Shown: positions 25,627 to 35,154, counted from the first letter of the stretch. The stretch is 44,978 bases of DNA from Bdellovibrionia bacterium (GCA_045805065.1 JBJMMA010000144.1:1-44978); one strand, 5' to 3'. Numbers and translations: made by a program. The notes: generated by a model from the letters alone, not told the origin.

Positions 25627-25661
25627 CAACGGGCACCTGGCCAAAAGTCAGGTGCCCGTTG
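25627..25661. terminator. hairpin between convergent genes
   Basis: CAACGGGCACCTG-N9-CAGGTGCCCGTTG. Confidence 0.8.
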
Positions 25662-25663
25662 TG

Positions 25664-26572
25664 TTAATAATGCCAAGGAAACTTGCCGAAGTCGCGGTCG
25701 CGTTTTTCGAGGAATGAGTTACGACCTTCGACCGCTTCTTCGGTTCCATAAGCAAGACGAGTGGCTTCGCCAGCAAAGATTTGCTGACCCACGAGTCCAT
25801 CGTCCACCAGGTTGAAACCGAACTTGAGCATGCGCATAGCGGTTGGGGATTTCGAGTTCATCTCCGCAGCCCATTCCAGAGCCACCTTCTCAAGATCTTT
25901 GTGAGGAATGACCGCGTTGACCATTCCCATATCAAAAGCTTCCTGGGCGGAATAATCGCGGCCAAGGAAGAAAATCTCGCGGGCGCGTTTTTGACCGACC
26001 ATGCGTGCGAGATACGCTGAGCCGTAGCCCGAGTCAAAGCTTGCGACATCGGGATCGGTTTGCTTGAAGATCGCATGCTCTTTGGATGCCAGGGTCAGAT
26101 CGCAAACCACATGCAGGGAGTGTCCGCCACCGACCGCCCAGCCTGGTACCACGGCTACAACGATCTTAGGCATGAAACGAATCAGGCGCTGCACTTCCAA
26201 GATGTGAAGTCTACCCAGGCGAGCCTGGCGGGTTTTTTCGTCCATTTGTACAGAGCCTTGCTCAACGTACTGATAACCGTCTTTGCCACGGATTCGCTGG
26301 TCACCGCCGGCGCAAAAAGCCCAGCCGCCATCTTTGGGAGAAGGTCCATTGCCAGTAATCAGAACGACGCCCACATCGGCGGTCTGGCGCGCATGATCGA
26401 GCGCGATAGCCAGTTCATCGACCGTTTGGGGGCGGAAAGCGTTGCGAACTTCCGGGCGATTAAAGGCGATACGGACTGTGCCCTGATTCTTGGCGCGATG
26501 ATAGGTGATGTCGCGGAAATCAAAGCCTGGAACTTCAGTCCACCATTCAGGGGTAAAGATATCAGAAACCAT
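25664..26572 (-). CDS. menB: 1,4-dihydroxy-2-naphthoyl-CoA synthase
   Basis: NRPEVRNAFRP, FCAGGDQ, GGGHSLHVVCD, ASFDSGYG and GQKRAREI motifs. Confidence 0.97.
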   Translation of the reverse strand: MVSDIFTPEWWTEVPGFDFRDITYHRAKNQGTVRIAFNRPEVRNAFRPQTVDELAIALDHARQTADVGVVLITGNGPSPKDGGWAFCAGGDQRIRGKDGYQYVEQGSVQMDEKTRQARLGRLHILEVQRLIRFMPKIVVAVVPGWAVGGGHSLHVVCDLTLASKEHAIFKQTDPDVASFDSGYGSAYLARMVGQKRAREIFFLGRDYSAQEAFDMGMVNAVIPHKDLEKVALEWAAEMNSKSPTAMRMLKFGFNLVDDGLVGQQIFAGEATRLAYGTEEAVEGRNSFLEKRDRDFGKFPWHY

Positions 26573-26821
26573 GGATACTCCTTTAGCCTAAGGTTTCGAA
26601 TGAATCAACGACAGGCGGAGCACAAAGCGCGTGTTCAGGCAGGGCCGAGCTGAGATCTTGTTGATTCTCAAGGACGTTGAAAAATAAAGCGAATTAGGTC
26701 ATGATTAGAGAGCCTGATTCGACTTCAGGCATACAATGACCATCTAATCCTCGTCTTAATATCGTAAGTCTAAATAAAGGCATTTTTGGCGCGTTTTCTG
26801 GCGCGCCCAGGGCGAGGCGTT

Positions 26822-28363
26822 ATGTCGATCTTACTCAAGGCTATCGGCTTTGAGTGGCCGAACGGTCACTTATTGTTTCAAAATCTCAATTTGTCGTTGG
26901 ACGTGCATCAGAAGTATGGGCTTGTTGGGCCCAATGGCTCTGGCAAATCCACGCTGGCCAAGCTTATTCAAGGCCATCTTGCGCCCAGTTCTGGCAAGGT
27001 ACAGGCCAAGAGCCATATCTCGTATTTTGCTCAATCTGAAGCACCTCCGGTTACATCTGTTGCCGAGTACTTGTCCGACCTCTGGATGAATATAATGCCT
27101 TCGGATACCAAGGTTCTGGATGCGCTTCAGACGGGGCTCAGGTTCGAGGCGTCGTGCAGCACTTTGAGCGGAGGGGAGTGGACTCGGGTGAGGCTTCTCA
27201 AACTTCTTTCGAGCGGTGCTGATTTTTTGATCCTCGATGAACCGACAAACAATCTGGATCAAAAGGCAAGAGCCAGCGTCGTGGAGTTTGTTCGAAAAAC
27301 ATCAAGGGGAGTTCTTGTCATCTCACATGATCGTCAACTGTTAGGGGAGGTCTCATCTATCATTGAGCTTTCAAAGCAAGGCGTCAGCCTTTTCGGAGGA
27401 GGCTTTGAAGATTATGAAGTCGCTCGAAAGCGTGAACGGAGCGGATTGCAAGAGGATCTTGAACAGGCTCAGAATGAGAGAGACAAAGCTCATCTCGAGA
27501 AGGCAAAGAAGCTTGAAGTGCAGACCAAGCGAATGCGCAATGCAAAGAAAAGTGTTCATAAAATGGGTCTGCCCAAGATCCTAACTGGGGCCAGAAAGCG
27601 CGCCGCTGAGAATACCCTTGGAAAGCTTCAGGCTGCAGGCGATCAGGAGGTGAGCGAAAAGTGCGATGCAGCTCGAGAAGCTTACGCCAGGCTGAAGTCT
27701 GATCCGCTGATCTACGCTGATTTTCCGGAAACCGTGATCCCTGCGGGAAAGCTTGTCTTTGAGGCGAGGGATTTCAACTTCCGGTATGAGGGTTCTTCTC
27801 AAAATCTTTGGAAGATCGATGTGAACTTTTCCATGAAGGGGACATCAAAGCTTCTGATTGCGGGCGAGAACGGTACCGGGAAATCCACATTTTTAAATCT
27901 GCTCACGGGCTTTGTCAGGCCTGCAGGCATAATCTCAGGCTCTCTGAGGCTGGGTGGTGTTGGGTTCGGTTTGATTGATCAGAACGCCATGTTTTTGGAC
28001 CGGGACAAGTCCGTCTTTGAAAACGTCTATGGGACGTCTCAAAAGGATGTCGTGGAGATCAGGAATTTGCTCGCGCAGTTTCTCTTTCCCGGCGGAAAGG
28101 CGGATCAGATTGTATCCACCTTGAGTGGCGGCGAGCGGGTTCGGGCCGCTTTGGCTAGAGTCATGATTGCTGATCCAGTGCCTCAGCTTCTCATATTGGA
28201 TGAGCCCACCAACAATCTGGATATGGTCAATCTGGAGTTTCTTGAGATGGCACTCGCCAAATTTCAGGGAGCATTGATTGTTGTGTCGCATGATGTGACA
28301 TTCCTGGATAAGATAGGAATCACTGAGGAGTTAAGGTTACATCCATGTTCAAACGCTACCTGA
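26822..28363 (+). CDS. ABC-F family ATPase, ribosome-associated, possibly antibiotic-resistance type
   Basis: Two NBDs (GPNGSGKST/LSGGE/DEPTN and GENGTGKST/LSGGE/DEPTN); no TM segments; basic interdomain linker. Confidence 0.93.
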   Translation: MSILLKAIGFEWPNGHLLFQNLNLSLDVHQKYGLVGPNGSGKSTLAKLIQGHLAPSSGKVQAKSHISYFAQSEAPPVTSVAEYLSDLWMNIMPSDTKVLDALQTGLRFEASCSTLSGGEWTRVRLLKLLSSGADFLILDEPTNNLDQKARASVVEFVRKTSRGVLVISHDRQLLGEVSSIIELSKQGVSLFGGGFEDYEVARKRERSGLQEDLEQAQNERDKAHLEKAKKLEVQTKRMRNAKKSVHKMGLPKILTGARKRAAENTLGKLQAAGDQEVSEKCDAAREAYARLKSDPLIYADFPETVIPAGKLVFEARDFNFRYEGSSQNLWKIDVNFSMKGTSKLLIAGENGTGKSTFLNLLTGFVRPAGIISGSLRLGGVGFGLIDQNAMFLDRDKSVFENVYGTSQKDVVEIRNLLAQFLFPGGKADQIVSTLSGGERVRAALARVMIADPVPQLLILDEPTNNLDMVNLEFLEMALAKFQGALIVVSHDVTFLDKIGITEELRLHPCSNAT

Positions 28364-29283
28364 TTCTCATCGTCGCTCCGCTGTGTTTACTGCCATGGGT
28401 AAGCTCCGGGATGGCACTCTTTCTGGGGGCGGCTTTAACGCTTCTTTTTGGTAATCCCTGGCTCGCGCATACTCGGAAAGGCACACGCTATCTTCTGCAG
28501 GCTTCAGTCATCGGCCTTGGGGCAGGGATGGATCTGGGGATCGTGAGCCGTGCGGGGCTTCATGGCCTGGGCTACACGCTTTTTGGAATAGTCATCTCCT
28601 TTGCGTTCGGAGCGCTCCTGGGAAGAATTTTTCAAACTTCCAGGGATACGACCATTCTCATGAGCGCCGGAACGGCGATTTGCGGGGGGAGCGCCATTGC
28701 GGCCGTCGCTCCAGCCATCCGGGCGCGAGACGAGGATGTTACAGTCTCGCTGAGCATCGTTTTTATTCTGAACTCGATCGGGCTCTATCTTTTCCCGATT
28801 ATCGGACATTTGCTTCATCTCTCACAGACGCAGTTTGGTCTTTGGAGCGCGCTTGCGATTCATGACACAAGCTCTGTGGTGGGCGCTACCATGCAGTATG
28901 GAGCCGAAGCGCTGAAAACCGGAACAACAGTCAAGCTGGCCCGTGCGCTTTGGATTGTTCCGGTCTCTTTTATCATCGGATATCTAGCCAATCAGCGAGC
29001 TTCAACCCAATCCAATTCACGCTCCAGCCCGCCCTGGTTCATCCTCGGGTTTCTGATCATGGCCGCGATTGTCACTTGGATTCCCGCACTGAAGCCCTTG
29101 GGGGGAAGTGTGGAATCGATCGCACGGAGAACGATGGTTCTGACCTTGTTCCTGATCGGAACCAGCATGACTCGCGAGACCTTCAAGCGTGTCGGCTTAA
29201 AGCCGCTGCTTCACGGAACCACCCTTTGGGCCATTATCGCAACGATGACCTTAAGCGCAATCGCTGCGAGCTGGATCCAATAA
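28345..29283 (+). CDS. putative sulfate exporter, YeiH/UPF0324 family
   Basis: GTAICGGSAIAA, IHDTSSVVG and VKLARALW motifs; overlaps the ABC-F stop. Confidence 0.92.
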   Translation: MFKRYLILIVAPLCLLPWVSSGMALFLGAALTLLFGNPWLAHTRKGTRYLLQASVIGLGAGMDLGIVSRAGLHGLGYTLFGIVISFAFGALLGRIFQTSRDTTILMSAGTAICGGSAIAAVAPAIRARDEDVTVSLSIVFILNSIGLYLFPIIGHLLHLSQTQFGLWSALAIHDTSSVVGATMQYGAEALKTGTTVKLARALWIVPVSFIIGYLANQRASTQSNSRSSPPWFILGFLIMAAIVTWIPALKPLGGSVESIARRTMVLTLFLIGTSMTRETFKRVGLKPLLHGTTLWAIIATMTLSAIAASWIQ

Positions 29284-29301
29284 TCCCGCTTATCTTCCTG
29301 C

Positions 29302-29781
29302 TTAACCTACGGAGTAGCCTTTACCATTCAAGCAGGTAGCCTGAGCTTTGTTGAAGTTATTCATCTTCTGTTGAATTTGAGCATTTGCTTGCTGATGGGC
29401 TTGCTCTTGTTCTCGTTCGGCCTGGTTTCTGCGGCGAGCGCCAGCTGCTCCACCGACGCCTGCACCAATGGCAGCCCCTTTACCTGCATCGCCACCAATC
29501 GCTCCACCGATTGCACCGGCTGCGGCGCCTCGGCCTGCTCCTCGAACCGCGCTGCCTTGTTGTGATTGGCCCGCCGTTCCTGCTTGCTGCGATTGGTTCA
29601 GAAGCGTCTGAGGATCATAGCCTAGTTGCTGCTGAGCCCAGCTATAGCATTCTGCTTTGTCTTGCGATTGCTGCTGCGAGCTTTGCCCTTCTTTAGGATA
29701 GACCATCAGCTGGTCAGCCGACGCTACAGTACAGGCAAACGCCGTAGAGACGACGAGCATGAATAGTTTATGAGAAAACAT
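29302..29781 (-). CDS. secreted glycine-zipper protein
   Basis: Signal peptide; YPKEGQS...QDKAECYSWA; GAAAGAIGGAIGG; CLNGKGYSV. Confidence 0.85.
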   Translation of the reverse strand: MFSHKLFMLVVSTAFACTVASADQLMVYPKEGQSSQQQSQDKAECYSWAQQQLGYDPQTLLNQSQQAGTAGQSQQGSAVRGAGRGAAAGAIGGAIGGDAGKGAAIGAGVGGAAGARRRNQAEREQEQAHQQANAQIQQKMNNFNKAQATCLNGKGYSVG

Positions 29782-29831
29782 GGTGCACCTTTCTTTACTT
29801 CTCTTTGCTTCGAAGTTTTAGATCCTATGGA

Positions 29832-29847
29832 TGCAACCGTGACGCCA
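29832..29847 (-). promoter_or_regulatory. sigma54-like element
   Basis: TGGCGTCACGGTTGCA on the minus strand. Confidence 0.65.
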
Positions 29848-29853
29848 CAGTGT

Positions 29854-30519
29854 TTAACCTGGCGTCACTCGAGTGCCCATGAAGTTTTGAAAAACGTTCA
29901 TGGCCGACAGGTTTTTCATCTGCTCGACGTTGACTGCGTTCACGTCACGCATGGCCAGCAACAGGCTTGTTGCCGTACGGCGCTGGATCGCGACTTTAAG
30001 CTCGGATAGATAATGGTCACAGCCGTTTTTCTTTCGCGGCATGAACTCATGTACCGTGACGTATCCGTAGAGCATTCGGTTTGAATTCGTGAACTTCACC
30101 GATTCGAGGTCATAGCTATACAAATCGCAGCCCGGACCTTCCTTTGTGCTTTTGGGAAAAAGCCTGACGTTGGAGACTCCGACTTTATCCTTGTCGAGTT
30201 GAATGGTTCTCGGAAACGCACTGGGGCCTCCGGTGAGCTTCACTTCCTGAGTATCGGGACTGTATTGAACCTCGATCTCGTCTCTTTGAGGCGACTTCTT
30301 CTGGGAAAGATAACTTGAGCAGACAAAGTCGCCACCTTGGATGCTTTGCGTACGACCAGATACGGGGTTTGAGTAAGTACTGGTCCCGCTGCAGCTGTCA
30401 TCGAAGCGAATGAGCCATTTTCCCTGAGGATTAAAGAGCTCGCCTGCGTGCAGCGCTGCCGTGACCAGAAAGAGACCTGAGACGGAGAGAAGGAGCGACG
30501 GAAATTTCATAAGACTCAT
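29854..30519 (-). CDS. hypothetical secreted protein
   Basis: GAGGA RBS; signal peptide ending in LHA; four Cys. Confidence 0.7.
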   Translation of the reverse strand: MSLMKFPSLLLSVSGLFLVTAALHAGELFNPQGKWLIRFDDSCSGTSTYSNPVSGRTQSIQGGDFVCSSYLSQKKSPQRDEIEVQYSPDTQEVKLTGGPSAFPRTIQLDKDKVGVSNVRLFPKSTKEGPGCDLYSYDLESVKFTNSNRMLYGYVTVHEFMPRKKNGCDHYLSELKVAIQRRTATSLLLAMRDVNAVNVEQMKNLSAMNVFQNFMGTRVTPG

Positions 30520-30531
30520 AAGGTATCCTCT

Positions 30532-31062
30532 TTAGCTGCCGACTTGATCGATGCCTTTCCACCAGAAGGACGCCGGCATCCAGTTTTGCGCCGCAATGTA
30601 TTGGCTGATCAGATGATCGATCGATCCGTTCAAAGTGTTTTCAGTGAGTTGTTCATGGCCTGGCTTCAGGACCGATCGACCTTTCCAGATGACAGAGCCT
30701 GTGTGTGCGTCGGTGAATTCAAGCCCGATACTTTGTGATGTGACTTTCTCGTCGATCCAGAGGTCGGGATTTCCGCTGGATGGCACTCGGATGAAACCGC
30801 GGTCCGTCAGATTCTGATCCGCGCGTTGTCGAAGCTGGAGCTCGGACTCGGCGGAAGCTGGTGCGGTGCTCAGCGGACGCCACGAGTAGGTGTGATACAT
30901 CCAGAGGTCGGCGCCCGGAGTTTTTTGTGACTCGGTGTTCATGCTGGCACAAGAGGACAAAAGCGCCGTAAGCGCGCCGAGAGCCAACGCGAATCGGGAT
31001 TTCGCGAAGCAAAAGTTGACGAAAAGTGGTTTTGTCCGGCTGTGTCTTGAGCGATGAATCAT
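30532..31062 (-). CDS. DUF4136-like lipoprotein
   Basis: Lipobox LSSC; YHTYSW, LTDRGF, PDL and DAHTGSVIWKG motifs; start trimmed from the ORF track. Confidence 0.72.
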   Translation of the reverse strand: MIHRSRHSRTKPLFVNFCFAKSRFALALGALTALLSSCASMNTESQKTPGADLWMYHTYSWRPLSTAPASAESELQLRQRADQNLTDRGFIRVPSSGNPDLWIDEKVTSQSIGLEFTDAHTGSVIWKGRSVLKPGHEQLTENTLNGSIDHLISQYIAAQNWMPASFWWKGIDQVGS

Positions 31063-31094
31063 AGTGAGAGAGCAGGAAAGCTCCAGGGGGAATG

Positions 31095-31138
31095 TGCACA
31101 GTTCAGGCCTGAAATTCTTAGGCGGTCCGCTTGTTGCA
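31095..31138. promoter_or_regulatory. back-to-back divergent sigma54-like elements
   Basis: Minus strand AGGCCTGAACTGTGCA at 31095-31110; plus strand CGGTCCGCTTGTTGCA at 31123-31138. Confidence 0.5.
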
Positions 31139-31168
31139 CACTCGACGGATCCGATGGGAAAACCCTGA

Positions 31169-31945
31169 ATGCTTGCTGATTTTTGGTATCGAATCGACGC
31201 TTTCTTTATTGTTTGTGCGTTCCTTTTGATTCTATTGGCTGTCGCTGAACTGGGATTCCGAGAGGGACGCAAAAGGTCCTTACGTGGGCAAAAAAGCAAT
31301 TCAGAAATTGTGCAGCAAGGAATGTTGACACTTCTTGCCTTGCTTCTTGCGTTTGGTGTCTCGATGTCCGAACTCAGATATGAGGAACGCAATTCGATTT
31401 TGATTGAGGAGGCGATGGCGATCGGAACCACCTCTTTGCGAGCCGCTCTTTTTTCTGACGAGTTTCAAAAGAAGTTTCAGCGTGACCTGAGGCTGTACCT
31501 GGACGTCCGAATCGAGTGGTACAGGTTTGGATATCGAGATGAAGGACTGCAAAGGAATCTCAAAAGGACAGCCGAACTTCAAGCAACGCTGTGGAATGAG
31601 GCAGTGGCGATCTCCCGTGACAAGCCTACGATTACCATGAGCCTTCTCCTGCAGTCGCTCAATCAGACGATCGATATACAGTCAAAGCAGGCCTTTGCTT
31701 ACGATCGCAGAGTTCCTCGCAGCATCGTCTACCTCTTGTTTTTCATATCGATCATGGTCGTTGGACTGATTGGATATAGCCACGGTCTGTCGACTTATCG
31801 TCACACCATCCTGACGACGATCATGTCGCTGACTCTCGCGATGACTCTCTTTGTGATCCTCGATCTCAGCCGCCCGGAGCGGGGATTGATCCGACTCAAT
31901 CCACAGGCTTTGAGCGATCTGAGAAATAGCCTGGGTGGGAGATGA
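31169..31945 (+). CDS. DUF4239 / bestrophin-like membrane protein
   Basis: LLALLLAF, EAMAIGT, SLNQTID, RVP and ILDLSRPERGLI motifs. Confidence 0.78.
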   Translation: MLADFWYRIDAFFIVCAFLLILLAVAELGFREGRKRSLRGQKSNSEIVQQGMLTLLALLLAFGVSMSELRYEERNSILIEEAMAIGTTSLRAALFSDEFQKKFQRDLRLYLDVRIEWYRFGYRDEGLQRNLKRTAELQATLWNEAVAISRDKPTITMSLLLQSLNQTIDIQSKQAFAYDRRVPRSIVYLLFFISIMVVGLIGYSHGLSTYRHTILTTIMSLTLAMTLFVILDLSRPERGLIRLNPQALSDLRNSLGGR

Positions 31946-32888
31946 GGGGGCTTTTTCCGAATTGACGATGGGTCAGAAGCACCATCTTGGACTCGAGCGA
32001 ATCCAGAAGTTTTAAAATCTGCCTGCGGTGAATACCCATTCGATGTTGCACCGGATCGCTCAGGATTACGGTCATTAAAGTCAATGCGCTGAGAGCTACC
32101 ACTACAATTACCGTTGCGATCATGATTTCGTTCTTTGAAGGTGCGACAGGAAAGGCTTGATAGAAAACCGACCCGACTTTCTTTCCTAGAAAAAAATGTG
32201 ACACCGCATTTTTATGAGCGTGATCGCGCGCAAGCCGCCTGCCCATTTCAAAAGCACCCAGGGAAGTGTTGTGGAACCACTTGTATGCCGCAAGGAGCGT
32301 AACTGCTGAGCCCGCCATTTCTGTGATCCCGGATCTTCTGGAAGAATAGGCCAGAAGATCAGGCATGAGTTGAGATTGGAGCATGCGAGGGCCGAAAAGC
32401 TCTTGTAGCTCGGATGACCCACCGTTCTCTAGCCAACTAGCGACCGCGGGGTCTTTTTTCAATTCTTCGAGCAGAGCATTGGATTCCTGGCCGTCACGCA
32501 CTTTAGCCAAAGGCAACTGAAGAAGGTCGCGAACGACCAGGCGCTCGACTTCCTTTTGGTAATCTGTTCTGAGCCCAGAAGGTAACAGGTTTAAAACGTG
32601 GGCCAGACGGTCCATTCCTAAAGTTTCAAGCCAGGCCACAGCTTTTTTGACGGCTATGCAGGGCACGGCGAAATAAGCGTTCAGCACATGTCGAACTAGA
32701 TCAAACCCCAGGGTTTTCCGATGAATGGCCAATGTTCCACCCAGTGAAAAATGCTGATCCACGAAACCGTTCACCTGAGCTCTGCGGCTCGCGAAATAGG
32801 TTTCGATGCTTCGTAGGAGAGCCTGCTGGATGGCTGCTCGGTCGTGAGCTTGCTTATCTTGCTTAGGTGGAGTGGGATCATTGTTCAT
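31896..32888 (-). CDS. conserved membrane-associated protein, DUF6635-like
   Basis: YFASRRAQVNGFVDQHFS and SDPVQHRMGIHRR motifs. Confidence 0.7.
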   Translation of the reverse strand: MNNDPTPPKQDKQAHDRAAIQQALLRSIETYFASRRAQVNGFVDQHFSLGGTLAIHRKTLGFDLVRHVLNAYFAVPCIAVKKAVAWLETLGMDRLAHVLNLLPSGLRTDYQKEVERLVVRDLLQLPLAKVRDGQESNALLEELKKDPAVASWLENGGSSELQELFGPRMLQSQLMPDLLAYSSRRSGITEMAGSAVTLLAAYKWFHNTSLGAFEMGRRLARDHAHKNAVSHFFLGKKVGSVFYQAFPVAPSKNEIMIATVIVVVALSALTLMTVILSDPVQHRMGIHRRQILKLLDSLESKMVLLTHRQFGKSPLISHPGYFSDRSKPVD

Positions 32889-32935
32889 GGAATATCTAGA
32901 TTAAAAGCACTTTAGGGCAATTTCAAAGAATTTGG

Positions 32936-32951
32936 CGGTACGAACATTGCT
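32936..32951 (+). promoter_or_regulatory. sigma54-like element
   Basis: CGGTACGAACATTGCT upstream of the RBS and ATG 32979. Confidence 0.6.
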
Positions 32952-32978
32952 CCTTGTGGCGCGATAGAGGAAACTTCA

Positions 32979-33227
32979 ATGGGCACATCCAATACGAAAG
33001 CGTTACAAAGGAAAGCACGTGGACTAGCTTCCAAAGCAGGCCCCAATGTGGCCAGCGGAGCGAAAGGAAGTCGGGCGGTGGATCGCTCGATCTCTGCTGT
33101 TGGAAGAAGAAAAAAGATTCAGGGCAGCCGGGCGACCCCGAGCGTGTCCGCTTCAGGAAAAAGCTCACGTGGTTTGAGCGCATCCGTGCCAGCGCGAGTA
33201 TCGCACGCAAAGAGACGCGCAAGTTAA
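32979..33227 (+). CDS. small highly basic low-complexity protein
   Basis: AGAGGA RBS; upstream promoter-like motif; stop lies 2 nt before the next ATG; rich in K, R, S, A and G. Confidence 0.6.
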   Translation: MGTSNTKALQRKARGLASKAGPNVASGAKGSRAVDRSISAVGRRKKIQGSRATPSVSASGKSSRGLSASVPARVSHAKRRAS

Positions 33228-33229
33228 CT

Positions 33230-33769
33230 ATGGAGATCAGGCTCATTCTCAGAGCGGCGACGTTTGCGGCAAAGGCGCACGCGACTCAGCTTCGTAAGAC
33301 AGGGGATCAGCCTTATATCAATCATCTGCTTCGAGTGGCTCAGACAGTCGCCGATGCCGGCTTATCCGAAGAGGCGATCGCGGCAGCTCTTCTTCATGAT
33401 GTGATTGAAGACACGGATGTCACCGTCGAAGAACTCTCGAGTGCGTTCCCCAAACGCGTAGTGCATCTCGTGGAGCTTCTCACGGAATGGTGGGATGATG
33501 ATGCCTCACAGGAGCTGAAAGCGCGTGAAAGACCTAAATATTACCGCGCGATTCTGACTGACCCCGAGGCTGTGGACATCAAGCTTCTGGACCGGGCTGA
33601 TAATCTATTGGATATGGTCCGAGGGCTTCCTAAAGTTCAGCGCTGGGCAACGAAGTATCTGGCCCGGACCGAGCCTGAGCTTGCTGAGATCTATGCCGCA
33701 AGCAAGAATGAGTATGCTCGCCGGTTTTACCAGTCCGCACTTAATAAACTACGCCTTGAGCTCGGTTAA
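33230..33769 (+). CDS. HD-domain small alarmone hydrolase, Mesh1/SpoT-HD-like
   Basis: AHATQLRK...PYINH, AALLHDVIEDT and IKLLDRADNL motifs; no synthetase domain. Confidence 0.88.
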   Translation: MEIRLILRAATFAAKAHATQLRKTGDQPYINHLLRVAQTVADAGLSEEAIAAALLHDVIEDTDVTVEELSSAFPKRVVHLVELLTEWWDDDASQELKARERPKYYRAILTDPEAVDIKLLDRADNLLDMVRGLPKVQRWATKYLARTEPELAEIYAASKNEYARRFYQSALNKLRLELG

Positions 33770-34849
33770 GATTCGATGCTGGTACAAAGTCAGGAGCACT
33801 TCCTCAGACAGGTCGGCTTGTTTTTCGTCGCGCAAGCGGCGCCGAACATTATCGGTACTTTCCGTTCCGTTGAACTCGATCAATAAGGAATAGGCCAGGC
33901 CAGGGAGCGCAACCGCATCATGTTCGCTATAGGCTCCTAAGGCGAGGCTTCCATCGGGAAGCCATTTGACAGTGGCCTTCGGGTTGAACTTCAAGCGCTC
34001 GGGCAGGCGAGGGCGAATCACGGCATCACTGGACTTCTCAAGCTGCATCTCCCAGATCCTGGCGTCGAGCCCTAGAATCTGCTCAAACTTTTCACGCTCA
34101 AGGTTCTGGACCTGCTCAAAACTCTGAATATAAAACTCTTCCTCTCGCCCCAGCCATGGGCCCCAGAGTCTTCGGTATTCTGACTCAGGAGGAGCGGCAC
34201 CTTCAAGCTCCTCCAGGCTGAGTGTTCCGCCAGGGGTGCTCGAGCGGTGACGTTCTTCGCGGATGAATTCCGGAAAGAGCTCCAGGAGCACATAACGTGA
34301 GAGCTGAATCTCGGAGAGGCTCAGATAGGATTTCAGATCCGACCAGAACTTGCGACCATCGGCACCGCGCTCGTACTTGCAGAAAAAGGTCGAGCAGACC
34401 GCCTCGCGATAGCGCCAGATCGTGCAAAGGCCGTGGGTCTCTTCAAAGTACGGGCAGCGCATGGAAGGTGCCTTGCCAAAGAAGTCGCGCGTCTGTTTAT
34501 ACAGAAGACTGTATTTTGCCGGAGCATCGATTTCGAGCGGAGTGACTCCGGATCGTTCGCGAATCTTTGCGCGAATCCGTTTTCGTCCTTCGCTCATCTC
34601 CGGGGAATCATCCCTTAAGATCGCGCCGACAAGGTAGTTTGGAAGCTTAGGATGGAAGGTGCAGCACTTTGTGTCAGGACGAAAAAAGCGGCGTGTGCCG
34701 TCTACTGCGTCTACCGGGTTTTCACACGAGGCCTCGCACATTGCGCAATTTGCACAAGTGGCTTTGGTCTCCTCGGGGATCTCTTGTTTAAGAAGCGTTG
34801 GAAACAGTGGGGAATAAAGCGAGGGCAGACTATCGATGATTTTCGGCAC
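33749..34849 (-). CDS. YkgJ/FliB-like (CxxCxxCC) Cys-cluster protein with C-terminal RRE/winged-helix-like domain
   Basis: CANCAMC...KCC...CPYF...CTIWRYREAVCSTFFC; GGAGG RBS and GTG start. Confidence 0.75.
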   Translation of the reverse strand: MPKIIDSLPSLYSPLFPTLLKQEIPEETKATCANCAMCEASCENPVDAVDGTRRFFRPDTKCCTFHPKLPNYLVGAILRDDSPEMSEGRKRIRAKIRERSGVTPLEIDAPAKYSLLYKQTRDFFGKAPSMRCPYFEETHGLCTIWRYREAVCSTFFCKYERGADGRKFWSDLKSYLSLSEIQLSRYVLLELFPEFIREERHRSSTPGGTLSLEELEGAAPPESEYRRLWGPWLGREEEFYIQSFEQVQNLEREKFEQILGLDARIWEMQLEKSSDAVIRPRLPERLKFNPKATVKWLPDGSLALGAYSEHDAVALPGLAYSLLIEFNGTESTDNVRRRLRDEKQADLSEEVLLTLYQHRILTELKA

Positions 34850-34908
34850 AAAGAGGACCTCCCGATCCGGGCGGCCTATGCATCGTTAGTACCAATCGCA
34901 GTACGAGC

Positions 34909-35142
34909 TCACACCGAGTTGCCGGGTGCTGAGCCTTTCTCTTGGGTTTTTTCAGTCGCTTTCTTCTGCGGCTTATCGTTTTGAGATTGGTCATGAGACT
35001 GAGTAGGACCGCCTGGCATGCTGGCTAATTCGCCCCCGGGCGCGACATGACCATCATCTCCCATTTCACCGCCGTCTCCTGCCGAGATTCCGGTTTTTAT
35101 TGGCTCGTCCGCCACGTTGATTCTATTTGCGTCTTTTGCCAT
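34909..35142 (-). CDS. short disordered peptide, candidate precursor or substrate of the downstream enzyme
   Basis: 77 aa from ATG 35142, with an alternative GTG at 35115; IKTGISAG motif; promoter-like motif upstream; 59 nt from the enzyme gene. Confidence 0.55.
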   Translation of the reverse strand: MAKDANRINVADEPIKTGISAGDGGEMGDDGHVAPGGELASMPGGPTQSHDQSQNDKPQKKATEKTQEKGSAPGNSV

Positions 35143-35154
35143 GAGATGACTGGG

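Noticed and set aside
31063..31431. N-terminal extension of the DUF4136-like ORF
   Set aside because: It overlaps the divergent membrane-protein gene, and the lipoprotein signal lies further downstream
32954..33229. N-terminal extension of the HD protein in the ORF track
   Set aside because: HD-family similarity starts at ATG 33230, and a better-supported ORF with an SD occupies another frame
34886..34912. Micro-ORF (V/M)SSYCDWY overlapping the peptide stop, or TGA readthrough of the peptide
   Set aside because: No SD and no recognisable SECIS or frameshift signal; probably chance, though worth rechecking in homologues
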